Under the pieces are notes generated by a model. It saw only the letters and a program-made list of their open reading frames with translations. It had not been told where the DNA came from and searched no databases. Made by a program: the position numbers and the translations under genes. DNA of 64,000 nt, taken from contig CAWGMA010000003.1 in the NCBI GenBank assembly GCA_963823555.1, positions 160,001 to 224,000 of the forward strand, given 5' to 3'. Below, piece after piece: positions 51,089 to 60,250 of this stretch. Source of the stretch: Candidatus Eiseniibacteriota bacterium. GTDB lineage: Bacteria; Eisenbacteria; RBG-16-71-46; CAVPCR01. Numbering within the stretch: position 1 is the stretch's first letter; every line of letters starts with the position of its first letter.

Positions 51089-51979
51089 CTACTGGGCCGG
51101 CTCCTTCCGCCTGCCACGAAAGGAAACCCAGACCCCCGCCAGCACGAGCAAGGCGCCGGCGAAGCTCGATCCTGACAGCCGCTCGTGGCGCACGAGCGCG
51201 CCGAGGATGACGGCGACCACGGGGACGATGACCGAGGACAGGCTGGTCCGGCTGGCGCTCCAGTGCTTGAGGAGCCACGCGTAGAGGACGAACGCCCCCA
51301 CCGAGCCGGCAAGCGTCAAGTAGAGGATGGGGAACCACTCGGCGAAGACGCGGGGCACCGGATGCGGCTCACCGGCCAGAAGGCTCACGACCAGACACAC
51401 GGCACAACCCACACCCGATCCCACGGCGTTGGCCCCGATGGCTGACTGCCTGGGGCCACGTTTCAAGACCACGCCCCCGATCGCAGCCAGCGTGGCCCCC
51501 GCCCAGATGGCGAGCATCGGGAGCGTCTCCGCGCTCGTATCGGCGAGCTCCCCGGAGAAGATGATGCCGACGCCGACGAGGGCAAGAAGGGCGCCGCCGA
51601 TCTTTTGCTTCGTCAGGCGCTCGAGGCCGATAGCCCTGGCCACGATCGCCGTTGTCAGCGGGATCGTGGCATAGAAGACCGACGTGATCCCGGAGGGCAC
51701 CGTCTTCTGCCCCCAGTAGAGGAGTGCGAAGTTGAGTCCGAGGACGAGAAACCCGTAGCCGGCCGCGGCCCTGAGCGCCGCTCCGCGGGGCCAACCCTGG
51801 CCGGTCAAGGCCAGGATCGAGCCGAGGATGAGGGTCGCCAGACCGAGGCGAAGCGACGCCGCCCAGATCGCCGGCACCGTGTCGTTCCCGAACGAGATCG
51901 CGAGGAAGGTGCTGCCCCAGATCGCGGTCGAGCCGGCAAAGGCCAGCGCGGGCAGAGCGTGAGAGCGACGCGAACTCAT
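51089..51979 (-). CDS. EamA/DMT family transporter
   Basis: IWGSTF, two five-helix repeats, YLTLAGS. Confidence 0.9.
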   Translation of the reverse strand: MSSRRSHALPALAFAGSTAIWGSTFLAISFGNDTVPAIWAASLRLGLATLILGSILALTGQGWPRGAALRAAAGYGFLVLGLNFALLYWGQKTVPSGITSVFYATIPLTTAIVARAIGLERLTKQKIGGALLALVGVGIIFSGELADTSAETLPMLAIWAGATLAAIGGVVLKRGPRQSAIGANAVGSGVGCAVCLVVSLLAGEPHPVPRVFAEWFPILYLTLAGSVGAFVLYAWLLKHWSASRTSLSSVIVPVVAVILGALVRHERLSGSSFAGALLVLAGVWVSFRGRRKEPAQ

Positions 51980-52135
51980 TGGAAAATTGGAACCTCGTGG
52001 AGGGCGGAAGACCGCCTGAGGGATCGGTGTGGACCGAGCCAGGGTAGCCGGAGGGCCGCAGCGTGCCTACTCCAGACTCATAATACATTGTTATTCAACA
52101 CGTTATATCGCTCAGCCCGGCACTGGCCAGATGAT

Positions 52136-52164
52136 TGTCTAATATCTAATTTAGACATATCTGA
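52136..52164. promoter_or_regulatory. Candidate operator upstream of DUF4397-carH
   Basis: TGTCTAA-N8-TTAGACA palindrome plus TATCTAA/TATCTGA repeats in an AT-rich patch. Confidence 0.5.
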
Positions 52165-52273
52165 ATCGGACCGGGGGGCCGGCGGAATCCCATGGAGTGA
52201 ACGGGGTGCCGGAGGTTCCGGACGTAACCCAGACAGCCCAATCCAATCGAACCCCCAAAGGAGTTGGCTCGCC

Positions 52274-53719
52274 ATGTTCTCTCAGCTCTTCCGCCGGAAG
52301 CTGATGCCGATGAGTCTCGTCCTCCTCGTGGTCCTCGTCGCCGGATGCGGTGACGATGACGATGGTGACAATGGCATGATCCCGATGCCGGAGGTTCCGG
52401 CCATCCGCGTCGTTCACAGCTCTCCCGATGCGCCTGCGGTCGACGTCTATGCCGCCGGTAGCTCGACGCCCTTGTTCACGAACGTCGCCTACGGCGAGGC
52501 CACCGACTACCTGACGGTGGATGCCGGAACCGTGAAGATCCAGCTGCGCCCGGCCGGCGCCGATCCGGGGTCGACTCCGGTGTTCGAGACCGGCGACCTC
52601 GCGATTGGAGCCGATGATCGCATCACGGCCGTCGCAGCCGGGCTGATCGGGGCCACCGGAGCAGCAGACGCTTTCCGCATCCTGCCCCTGGTCGAGGGCT
52701 TCGCCGATCCGGGCACGAGCGTTCGCGCTCGAATCGTTCATGCCGGAGCCGACGCGCCATCCGTGGCGGTGGACGTGGGCAACGATGGCACTCCGGAGAT
52801 CACAGACTTCGCTCGCTTCGCGGACACCGGCGCGACGGGCGTCGAGCTGCCGAGCGGCGAGGCGCTGGCCATCGGGATCTGGGCGGGCTCTCCGCTCGCC
52901 CGGGTGACGGCCTTCACGACGCCGGCGCTGCCGGCCGGGGCCGAGATCTTCGTGATCGCGACCGGGCTCCTGAGTCAGCCCCCGCGTGATGACGATGGCT
53001 TCTCACTGCTTGCCGTCGGCCCCGAGGGTGCGATCGGCTTCATCAAGCAGAACCCCGTGGTGTATGCGCTGCATGCATCACCGGACGCGCCCGCCGTGGA
53101 CATCGCTGTCGGGGGTACGTCGACGATCCTGGTCAGCAATCTCGCCTTCGGCGATCTCTCGGACCCGGTGCAGGTGGCACCGGCCGCTTACACTCTCGAG
53201 TTTCGCGCGACCGGGACTTCGAATGCGGCCGCCTCGCTGACGACACCGTCCCTCGCGGCGGGAGAGCGCTACCTGGCGATCGCCACCGGATTCTTGTCTC
53301 CGGAAAGCGGTGAGCCGTCATTCCAGCTCTTCCCGCTGGCCGACGGCTTCGATCGCGAACTCGCCACGCCTCTCTTGCGCGTCGCTCACGCCTCACCCGA
53401 TGCGCCCGCGGTCGACGTGGGCACCGTGTCGGGCAACGTGCTGACGCCGCTCGCTCCCTTCACTGATCTCGCCTTCGCCGAATCCTCGGTGGAAGAGGGG
53501 ACCGAGGTGCCGGCGGCCGCGCTGCTGATCGGCGTGGCGCCTACCGGGACGACCACTCCGGTGGCGACGTTCAACGTGACCACTGCAGTCGGTCTCAGGG
53601 CGATCGCCGTGGCAGCCGGCGCGCTCTCGCCCGAAGTGGGCATCGACGAGCCCTTCCGACTCCTCATCATCGATACGGCCGTCTGGCCGTGGACGGTGGC
53701 GACCGTCAATCCCAACTAG
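52274..53719 (+). CDS. DUF4397 repeat lipoprotein
   Basis: Lipobox VAG-C then GDDDDGD; four HxSPDAPxVD-type repeats. Confidence 0.88.
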   Translation: MFSQLFRRKLMPMSLVLLVVLVAGCGDDDDGDNGMIPMPEVPAIRVVHSSPDAPAVDVYAAGSSTPLFTNVAYGEATDYLTVDAGTVKIQLRPAGADPGSTPVFETGDLAIGADDRITAVAAGLIGATGAADAFRILPLVEGFADPGTSVRARIVHAGADAPSVAVDVGNDGTPEITDFARFADTGATGVELPSGEALAIGIWAGSPLARVTAFTTPALPAGAEIFVIATGLLSQPPRDDDGFSLLAVGPEGAIGFIKQNPVVYALHASPDAPAVDIAVGGTSTILVSNLAFGDLSDPVQVAPAAYTLEFRATGTSNAAASLTTPSLAAGERYLAIATGFLSPESGEPSFQLFPLADGFDRELATPLLRVAHASPDAPAVDVGTVSGNVLTPLAPFTDLAFAESSVEEGTEVPAAALLIGVAPTGTTTPVATFNVTTAVGLRAIAVAAGALSPEVGIDEPFRLLIIDTAVWPWTVATVNPN

Positions 53720-53724
53720 GTAGA

Positions 53725-54675
53725 ATGATCACCATGTCCCTCCCCCCTCGTAAGGAAGGCCCCGCCGGGGGTGATCTTGCCGAGCCGGGCCTGGGCCTGC
53801 TCTCGATCGGAGAGCTGGCCCAGGCCACGGGGGTCACTCCGGACACGATCCGGGTCTGGGAGCGGCGTTACGGCCGACCTTCTCCCGTGCGTCTCGAATC
53901 CGGGCATCGTCGCTACACGCGCGAACATGTGAGGTGGCTCAGGCAGGTCGCCGAGGCGCTTGCTCGCGGCCACCGCCCGGCGCGCGTCGTCCGCATGGAC
54001 GATGCGGAGATAAGGGGTCTGCTCCGCGCCGGGCAGTCCGCACAAGAAACAGCTCCGGAGATCCGCCGTCTCCTGGACCGAGTGCGCGTGCTGGACGGGC
54101 CGGGGCTCACGGCCGAGCTCAGTGCCCGGGCGAACGAACTGGGGCCAGTCGCATTCCTGACGACCATCGTGAGTCCGCTCCTCGACGCCGTGGGCCGAAA
54201 CTGGGTCGAGGGCGAGATTGACATCCGCCACGAGCACCACCTGTCGGGCGTGCTCGATGACGTGATGCGAACGTTGCGCCTCGACACGGTCGTGCCCGAC
54301 CAGGCGCCGGTGATCGTGCTCGCCACGTTGACCGGTGAAGCGCATGGACTCGGTCTGCAGATGACGGCGCTCCTGCTTGCGGTCCGTGGGGTACGGCCCG
54401 CGATCATCGGTACGCATACGCCAGCGGTGGAGATTGCCGCGGCGGCCACCGAGCTGGGCGCCGCCGCTGTCGGGATCAGCATCTCGCTCGCCACGGGCGG
54501 CGTGGATACCGATCGCGTGATCGCCGAGCTGCGCCGGCTGTTGCCCCGGCCGGTGCGACTCCTGGTGGGCGGACGGGGAGCACGCGGTGCGCGCCGGGGC
54601 CCGCGGGGTGTCGAGTACGCCGCTGATATGCCTGCGGTCGAGCGCTGGCTCGAGGAGATGCGGGTGGGGACCTAG
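53725..54675 (+). CDS. carH: CarH/LitR-type MerR regulator with cobalamin-binding domain
   Basis: MerR HTH (SIGELA, IRVWERRYG, GHRRY); W-x9-EH (WVEGEIDIRHEH) and ExH (GEAHGLG). Confidence 0.85.
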   Translation: MITMSLPPRKEGPAGGDLAEPGLGLLSIGELAQATGVTPDTIRVWERRYGRPSPVRLESGHRRYTREHVRWLRQVAEALARGHRPARVVRMDDAEIRGLLRAGQSAQETAPEIRRLLDRVRVLDGPGLTAELSARANELGPVAFLTTIVSPLLDAVGRNWVEGEIDIRHEHHLSGVLDDVMRTLRLDTVVPDQAPVIVLATLTGEAHGLGLQMTALLLAVRGVRPAIIGTHTPAVEIAAAATELGAAAVGISISLATGGVDTDRVIAELRRLLPRPVRLLVGGRGARGARRGPRGVEYAADMPAVERWLEEMRVGT

Positions 54676-54836
54676 AGGCGGCCCGGTCCAGGCGGTTCGC
54701 TTCCGGCACGTACCGCCATGATGCCGGCCGGGCCGCCCACCTTTTGACGGTCCCGAGGGGCCTTGCTAGACTGCCGCCTTCCCCGCGCGCTCGCTCGAGA
54801 GCACGTCCAGCCAAGAGCCAACCATCCAGGGATCCC

Positions 54837-56405
54837 ATGCCGCCGAGTCCAGATTCCCATTCGGTCACGGCCTCTCGTGATCCGCGCCCCCGGGCGGTCC
54901 GCCGCCCCTATCGTGACCTCCGCGAGTTCGTCGCCGATCTCGAGACCGCTGGCGAGCTCTGTCGGATCCGCGCCGAGGTCGATCCCAAGCTCGAGGTGAG
55001 CGCGATCACCGATCGCACGGTGCGCGCCGGGGGGCCGGCCCTCTACTTCGAGAACGTGCGCGGGCACACGATCCCCGTGCTCATGAACGCGTTCGGTTCG
55101 ATGGAGCGCCTGACCATGGCTCTCGGCGTCGATCGCATCGAGGACCTGGTGGTGGAGATCGAGGCCGTGCTCGACATGCCGCGCGGCGCCACCGGCTCGG
55201 GCCGCGGTCTCACCATGCTCGACAAGCTCAAGATGCTGCCGCGCCTGAAGGAGCTCTCCGAGATCGGACCGCGGATCGTCAAGGACGGCCCGTGTCAGGA
55301 GGTGGTGCGGATCGGGGACGAGGCCCGTCTCGATGCGCTGCCCGTGATCCAGTGCTGGCCCGACGACGGCGGGCCCTTCATCACATTGCCTCTCGTCTTC
55401 ACCCGGCATCCCGAGACCGGCGGGCGCAACATGGGGATGTACCGCATGCAGGTCTTCGATCAGCGCTCGACCGGCATGCACTGGCACCGCCACAAGGGAG
55501 GAGCCGGGCACTACTGGGTGGCGGAGCGCCGCGGCGAGCGCTTGCCGGTGGCCGTGGCCCTCGGCGGGGACCCGCTTCTCACCTACGCAGCGACCGCTCC
55601 GCTCCCCGACGATGTGGACGAGCTCCTGTTCGCCGGCTTCGTGCGCAAGCGCGGGGTCGACCTCGTCAAGTGCAAGACCGTCGATCTCGAGGTGCCGGCC
55701 ACGGCCGAGATCATCCTCGAGGGCTACGTCGAGCCCGGCGAACGCCGGCGCGAGGGCCCCTTCGGCGATCACACGGGCTACTACTCGCTGCCGGATGACT
55801 TTCCGGTGTTCCGCTTGACCGCGATCACCCATCGCCGGGATCCGATCTACATCTCGACCATCGTGGGCCCGCCGCCGCAGGAGGATGCCTTCCTCGGCAA
55901 GGCCACCGAACGCATCTTTCTCCCGCTCCTGAAGAAGCAGCTCCCGGAGATCGTCGACATGAACCTGCCGGTCGAGAGCTGCTTTCACAACCTGGTCATC
56001 GTCTCGATCGACAAGCGCTATCCCGGACACGCGCGCAAGGTGATGAGCGCCTTCTGGGGGCTGGGCCAGCTCATGTTCTCCAAGATCATCCTCGTCGTCG
56101 ACAAGGACGTGAACGTGCACGATCCGCGCGAGGTGTTGTGGAAGGCGACCAACCACATCGATCCCCGCCGTGACATCGTCTTCGTCGACGGCCCAGTCGA
56201 TGAGCTCGATCACGCAGCACCGCTCCTCTGTTTCGGTTCGAAGATGGGGATCGACGCCACCCACAAGTGGCCGAGCGAGGGGTTCACGCGCGACTGGCCG
56301 CCGGAGATGGTGATGTCCCCCGCGGTCCAGGCGCGGGTGGATGCGCTGTGGCCCAGCCTGGGCATCCAGCTGCCGGACCGGCCGCGAAGCTGGTGGCAAG
56401 AGTGA
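54837..56405 (+). CDS. ubiD: UbiD-family menaquinone biosynthesis decarboxylase (MqnL-like)
   Basis: DLREF, WPDDGGPFIT, NMGMYR, EGPFGDHTGYY, GLGQLMFSK, SKMGIDAT; start uncertain. Confidence 0.92.
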   Translation: MPPSPDSHSVTASRDPRPRAVRRPYRDLREFVADLETAGELCRIRAEVDPKLEVSAITDRTVRAGGPALYFENVRGHTIPVLMNAFGSMERLTMALGVDRIEDLVVEIEAVLDMPRGATGSGRGLTMLDKLKMLPRLKELSEIGPRIVKDGPCQEVVRIGDEARLDALPVIQCWPDDGGPFITLPLVFTRHPETGGRNMGMYRMQVFDQRSTGMHWHRHKGGAGHYWVAERRGERLPVAVALGGDPLLTYAATAPLPDDVDELLFAGFVRKRGVDLVKCKTVDLEVPATAEIILEGYVEPGERRREGPFGDHTGYYSLPDDFPVFRLTAITHRRDPIYISTIVGPPPQEDAFLGKATERIFLPLLKKQLPEIVDMNLPVESCFHNLVIVSIDKRYPGHARKVMSAFWGLGQLMFSKIILVVDKDVNVHDPREVLWKATNHIDPRRDIVFVDGPVDELDHAAPLLCFGSKMGIDATHKWPSEGFTRDWPPEMVMSPAVQARVDALWPSLGIQLPDRPRSWWQE

Positions 56406-57259
56406 TCGCGCCGGGGGGCGGCTGGAACGAGGGCCGGCGCCTGGTCCTGGCGGTGGTCCGCTACCTCAACGCGCGCCCTCTGATCGCCGGGCTCGAAGAG
56501 CGCTGCGAGCTGGTCTCGGCGGTGCCGGCGCGATGCTGGGAGCTCGTCGCCTCGGGACAGGCGGATCTCGGGATCATACCCGCCATCGGGCTCGGTGATG
56601 ATCCATCGCTCACCGTCGTTCCTGGTATCGCCATCGCCGCCGATGGGCCGGTGCGTTCGGTCGTCCTGGTGACCAAGGTCGACTTGCGCGAGGTGCGCTC
56701 GATCGCCGTCGACGAGAGCTCCCGATCCTCGGCCGTGCTCCTCCGTATTCTCATGACGCGGTGCTATGGCCTCACGCCGCGGTTCGTCGCCGCCGAGCCG
56801 GACTGGCGCGCGATGCTCGCCCGGCACGATGCGGCGCTCTTGATCGGCGACCCGGCTCTGGCCCTGGACACGGATCCGGATTTCCGTGCCCGTGCCGATC
56901 TCCGTGTGCTCGATCTCGGCGATGCCTGGACGAAGTGGACCGGGTTGCCGTTCGTCTTCGCCGTCTGGGCCGGGAGGCCCGAGCGCGTGACCCCGGAGGT
57001 CGTGGCCGAGCTCACCGCGGCGCGGGCGCGGGGCCTGGCACAGTTGCCGGAGATCGCTCGCACCGCCGCGCAAAATCCCGATGAGGAGGCGAGAAATCTG
57101 CGCTATCTGAGAGAGGCGATCTCCTTCGTCCTCGGTCCGCGCGAGCTCGAGGGGCTCGCGCGCTACCTCGAGCTGGCCGGGGAGCTCGGGCTCCTGGCGG
57201 GCGGGCGGCCGGCGCCGGCCGCGCTCATCATGGCCGGTCGCGCCGCCGATGCCGTCTGA
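56402..57259 (+). CDS. mqnA: Chorismate dehydratase (futalosine pathway)
   Basis: YLNARPL, GPVRSV, SRSSAVL, LLIGDPAL, DLG..W..WTGLPFVFAVW; GTG overlaps the ubiD stop. Confidence 0.9.
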   Translation: MIAPGGGWNEGRRLVLAVVRYLNARPLIAGLEERCELVSAVPARCWELVASGQADLGIIPAIGLGDDPSLTVVPGIAIAADGPVRSVVLVTKVDLREVRSIAVDESSRSSAVLLRILMTRCYGLTPRFVAAEPDWRAMLARHDAALLIGDPALALDTDPDFRARADLRVLDLGDAWTKWTGLPFVFAVWAGRPERVTPEVVAELTAARARGLAQLPEIARTAAQNPDEEARNLRYLREAISFVLGPRELEGLARYLELAGELGLLAGGRPAPAALIMAGRAADAV

Positions 57260-58553
57260 ACTCGGTTCCGGGCCGGAGCGCCGCCGCGCCGGCGCCGCCG
57301 CGCCGGTTCTCCACCGCGCCCGCTGGGTGCTGCCGATCCATGTGCCGCCGATCCCTGACGGGGCGGTGGTGGTCGGTCCCGCGGCCGCGGGCAGACAGAG
57401 CGGATTCGATCGCGAGATCCTGGCCGTCGGGCCCCATCGCGATCTCGCCGCGCATCACCGCGGTCCCATCCATGATCATGGGGAGGTCGTCCTGCTCCCC
57501 GCCCTCGTCAACGCGCACACGCATCTCGAGCTCTCGGCTCTGGCCGGGCGCGTTCCTTCCGCAGACGGCTTCGGCGCGTGGCTCCTCGAGACGGCAACGC
57601 TGGCCGCCGACCTGTCTCCGGCTGCGGCCGAGCCGGCGATCGACGACGCCATCGCGAGCTGTCTCGACACCGGCACCGGGCTCGTGGGCGATGTCACCGG
57701 CCTCGGCCGGGCCGTTGCGGCGCTCGCTCGCTCCCGGCTGGCGGCGCGCATCTTTCATGAAGTGCTGGCCTTCGATCCGCGGCGAGCCGAGTCGGCTCTG
57801 GCCGAGGCGCGCACGCGGCTCGTGTCGGGTGAGGAACGAACGGTCGCGCTTCCCATGTTCCGCCACTCGCTGGCGCCGCATGCGCCCTACTCGGTGTCGA
57901 TGCGGCTCCTGCGCTTGATCCGCGGCGTCAACGCCCGGGAAGATCGACCGACTTCGATTCATCTGGCCGAATCCCCGGCCGAGGAGGAGTTCATGCGGGC
58001 CGGCACCGGACCCATCGCCGAGCTGAAGCGGCGACTGGGCACCACCGTCTCCGGCTGGGAGCCCCCGGGCGACCCCACGGTCGTCTACCTCGATCGAATC
58101 GGCTGGTTCGAGGCTCCGCAGTTGGTCGTGCACGTGACGCAGATTTCCCCTCGTGGGATAGAAATCCTGCGCCGGGCGCCGGTGACGGCATGCCTCTGCC
58201 CGCGCTCCAACCGGGCGCTCGGCGTGGGCGTCGCTCCGGCTGCCGCCTTGCAGCGCGCGGGCGTCCCGCTCGCTCTCGGCACCGACAGCCTGGCCTCGGC
58301 CCCCGATCTGAACCTGTTCTCGGAACTGGCGGCGGCGAACGATTACGACCTGGCTCCAGCCGAGCTGGTTCACGCCGCCACCCGCGGCGGCGCGCGGGCG
58401 CTCGGCTTCGGCTCGGAGCTGGGCGAGCTGGCGCCGGGGCGCCTGGCGCGGATGATCACGGTCGCTCCGGCCCCGGGGACGGAGCTCGGCGGGAACCCTT
58501 ACGCGCCGCTCCTCGGCGGCCCCGGGGCCGAGCGCATCCGCTGGGTCGACTAG
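57249..58553 (+). CDS. Amidohydrolase, probable aminofutalosine deaminase
   Basis: NAHTHLE, PHAPYS, HLAES..E, CPRSN, LGTDSLAS; coupled to mqnA. Confidence 0.8.
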   Translation: MPSELGSGPERRRAGAAAPVLHRARWVLPIHVPPIPDGAVVVGPAAAGRQSGFDREILAVGPHRDLAAHHRGPIHDHGEVVLLPALVNAHTHLELSALAGRVPSADGFGAWLLETATLAADLSPAAAEPAIDDAIASCLDTGTGLVGDVTGLGRAVAALARSRLAARIFHEVLAFDPRRAESALAEARTRLVSGEERTVALPMFRHSLAPHAPYSVSMRLLRLIRGVNAREDRPTSIHLAESPAEEEFMRAGTGPIAELKRRLGTTVSGWEPPGDPTVVYLDRIGWFEAPQLVVHVTQISPRGIEILRRAPVTACLCPRSNRALGVGVAPAAALQRAGVPLALGTDSLASAPDLNLFSELAAANDYDLAPAELVHAATRGGARALGFGSELGELAPGRLARMITVAPAPGTELGGNPYAPLLGGPGAERIRWVD

Positions 58554-58715
58554 CGCTTACCGGCTCCGGGCGGGCGGGCCGGCGATTGCCCTGGAAAGCG
58601 CCCGGCCCGAGCGCTAGGCTTTCCGGGCTGTTGGCGGATTTCCGGGAAGCGTTTGGTGCCGGGATCACGGCATCCGCTCGGGCCCGCAGGTGGGATGTAC
58701 TGGGGAGGAGGAAAC

Positions 58716-59846
58716 ATGGCTGACAAGGTGGCCGATCTGGCCGGTCCTGGCATTAGCACCTACGAAGAAGTCGACAAGATCCTGCCGACCGACTACCGGT
58801 CGCTCCTTGATCCGAAAGAGACGCAGAAGGCGATCACGGCGGTCAAACGCTATATCGAGGACGGTCTCTGCAAGGAGCTGAACCTGTTCCGGGTCGAAGT
58901 GCCGCTGATCGTGGATCGTGAGAGCGGAGTGAACGACTATCTCGACCGGGACGGTTCACGCACGCCGATCGAGTTCCCCTGCGGACTCGGGCTGCCGAAG
59001 CGGATCGACGCCCAGGTGGTGCAGGCCGCCACCAAGTGGAAGAGGCCGGCCCTGAAGCAATTCAACTGCAACGTCGGCGAGGGCATCGTCACCGACATGC
59101 GCGCCGTGCGTAAGGACTATTTCCTCGACCACGATCACAGCTCGTATGTCGATCAATGGGACTGGGAAAAGGTCATCGCGCCCGAGATGCGGAACCTCGA
59201 TTATCTCAAGGACACCGTGCGCCGCATCTGGAAGGTGATCAAGGGGGCCGAGACCTTCGTCATGAAGGAGTTCCCCAAGCTCAAGGATCCACGCTATCCA
59301 GAACTTCCCGATGAGCTCACTTTCCTGCATGCCGAGGAGATCCTCGACATGTATCCCGACTTGCCGCGCAAGCAGCGGGAGACTCGAGTCATCTCGGAGA
59401 AGTATCCGGCGATCTTCATCATCGGGATCGGCTGGGTGCTGCAGGACGGCTATCCGCACGAGATGCGGGCGGCCGATTATGATGACTGGGCTACTCCGAC
59501 CAAGCAGTGGACCGGGAAGGATACCCACGGATTGAACGGCGACATCCTGGTCTGGAACCCGGTGACGAAGCGCCGCCACGAGCTGACCTCGATGGGAATC
59601 CGGGTGACCAAGGAGACCTTGAAGCAGCAGCTGGAGATCTCGGGGCAACTCGACTTCCTCAAGCTGCCCTATCATCAGGCGATCCTGAACGACCAGATCC
59701 CGCTCTCGATCGGCGGCGGCATCGGCCAGTCGCGGACCGTGATGCTGCTCTTGCGGAAAGCCCACCTGGGCGAGGTCAGCGTGACCATCTGGCCGCGCCA
59801 GCTGAAGGACATCTGCGAGAAGAAGAACATCGTCGTGCTCGAATAG
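58716..59846 (+). CDS. asnA: Aspartate-ammonia ligase (asparagine synthetase A)
   Basis: GGAGG RBS; KWKR, HSSYVDQWDWEK, RAADYDDW, GLNGDI, ELTSMGIR, SIGGGIGQSR, HLGEV. Confidence 0.95.
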   Translation: MADKVADLAGPGISTYEEVDKILPTDYRSLLDPKETQKAITAVKRYIEDGLCKELNLFRVEVPLIVDRESGVNDYLDRDGSRTPIEFPCGLGLPKRIDAQVVQAATKWKRPALKQFNCNVGEGIVTDMRAVRKDYFLDHDHSSYVDQWDWEKVIAPEMRNLDYLKDTVRRIWKVIKGAETFVMKEFPKLKDPRYPELPDELTFLHAEEILDMYPDLPRKQRETRVISEKYPAIFIIGIGWVLQDGYPHEMRAADYDDWATPTKQWTGKDTHGLNGDILVWNPVTKRRHELTSMGIRVTKETLKQQLEISGQLDFLKLPYHQAILNDQIPLSIGGGIGQSRTVMLLLRKAHLGEVSVTIWPRQLKDICEKKNIVVLE

Positions 59847-59876
59847 GACGGACCGGATTCGCTCGAAGCCGGGGGT

Positions 59877-59905
59877 CGGGGAGGGGACGCCGAGTTCCCT
59901 CCCCG
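59877..59905 (+). terminator. Hairpin after asnA
   Basis: CGGGGAGGGGAC-GCCGA-GTTCCCTCCCCG; weak U-tract. Confidence 0.5.
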
Positions 59906-59906
59906 G

Positions 59907-59935
59907 TTCCATCTCGGGAAGGGCCCTGGTATACT
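59907..59935 (+). promoter_or_regulatory. Candidate sigma70 promoter restarting transcription after asnA
   Basis: TTCCAT-N17-TATACT with extended TG. Confidence 0.45.
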
Positions 59936-60250
59936 TCTTGCCGGTTTCTTGGTCGTTCCAGCTTCATCTCCAGCGATCACGCCTTCACGCCACCCTTCCG
60001 TAACGATCCGCCGTCCGGAGGCTGGAGTCATATGCGGGCTTGGGCCTGCTCTCCCGCCGCCGAGGGCGCCAACCAGGAACGGCATATACCGGGCATGCAG
60101 CGGACTCCCAGGGCACGCGACAGGTCGGCGGATGGCTCGTTCACGGCGCCGCCTCCGCGCACCGATCTGCCGGCGCTCGTCGCCTCTGAGGCGCAAGGCG
60201 CGGGGAGCGGACCGGCGGGCCCACCCGTGGTGGATTCCCCCGCCGCGGCC

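Noticed and set aside
48198..51338. 1046-aa ORF suggesting an IMPDH fusion
   Set aside because: The N-terminal part is the antisense shadow of dinB; family similarity starts at Met 49661.
51605..52273. N-terminal extension of the DUF4397 ORF
   Set aside because: Overlaps EamA antisense and the promoter region; RBS and lipoprotein signal support a start at 52274.
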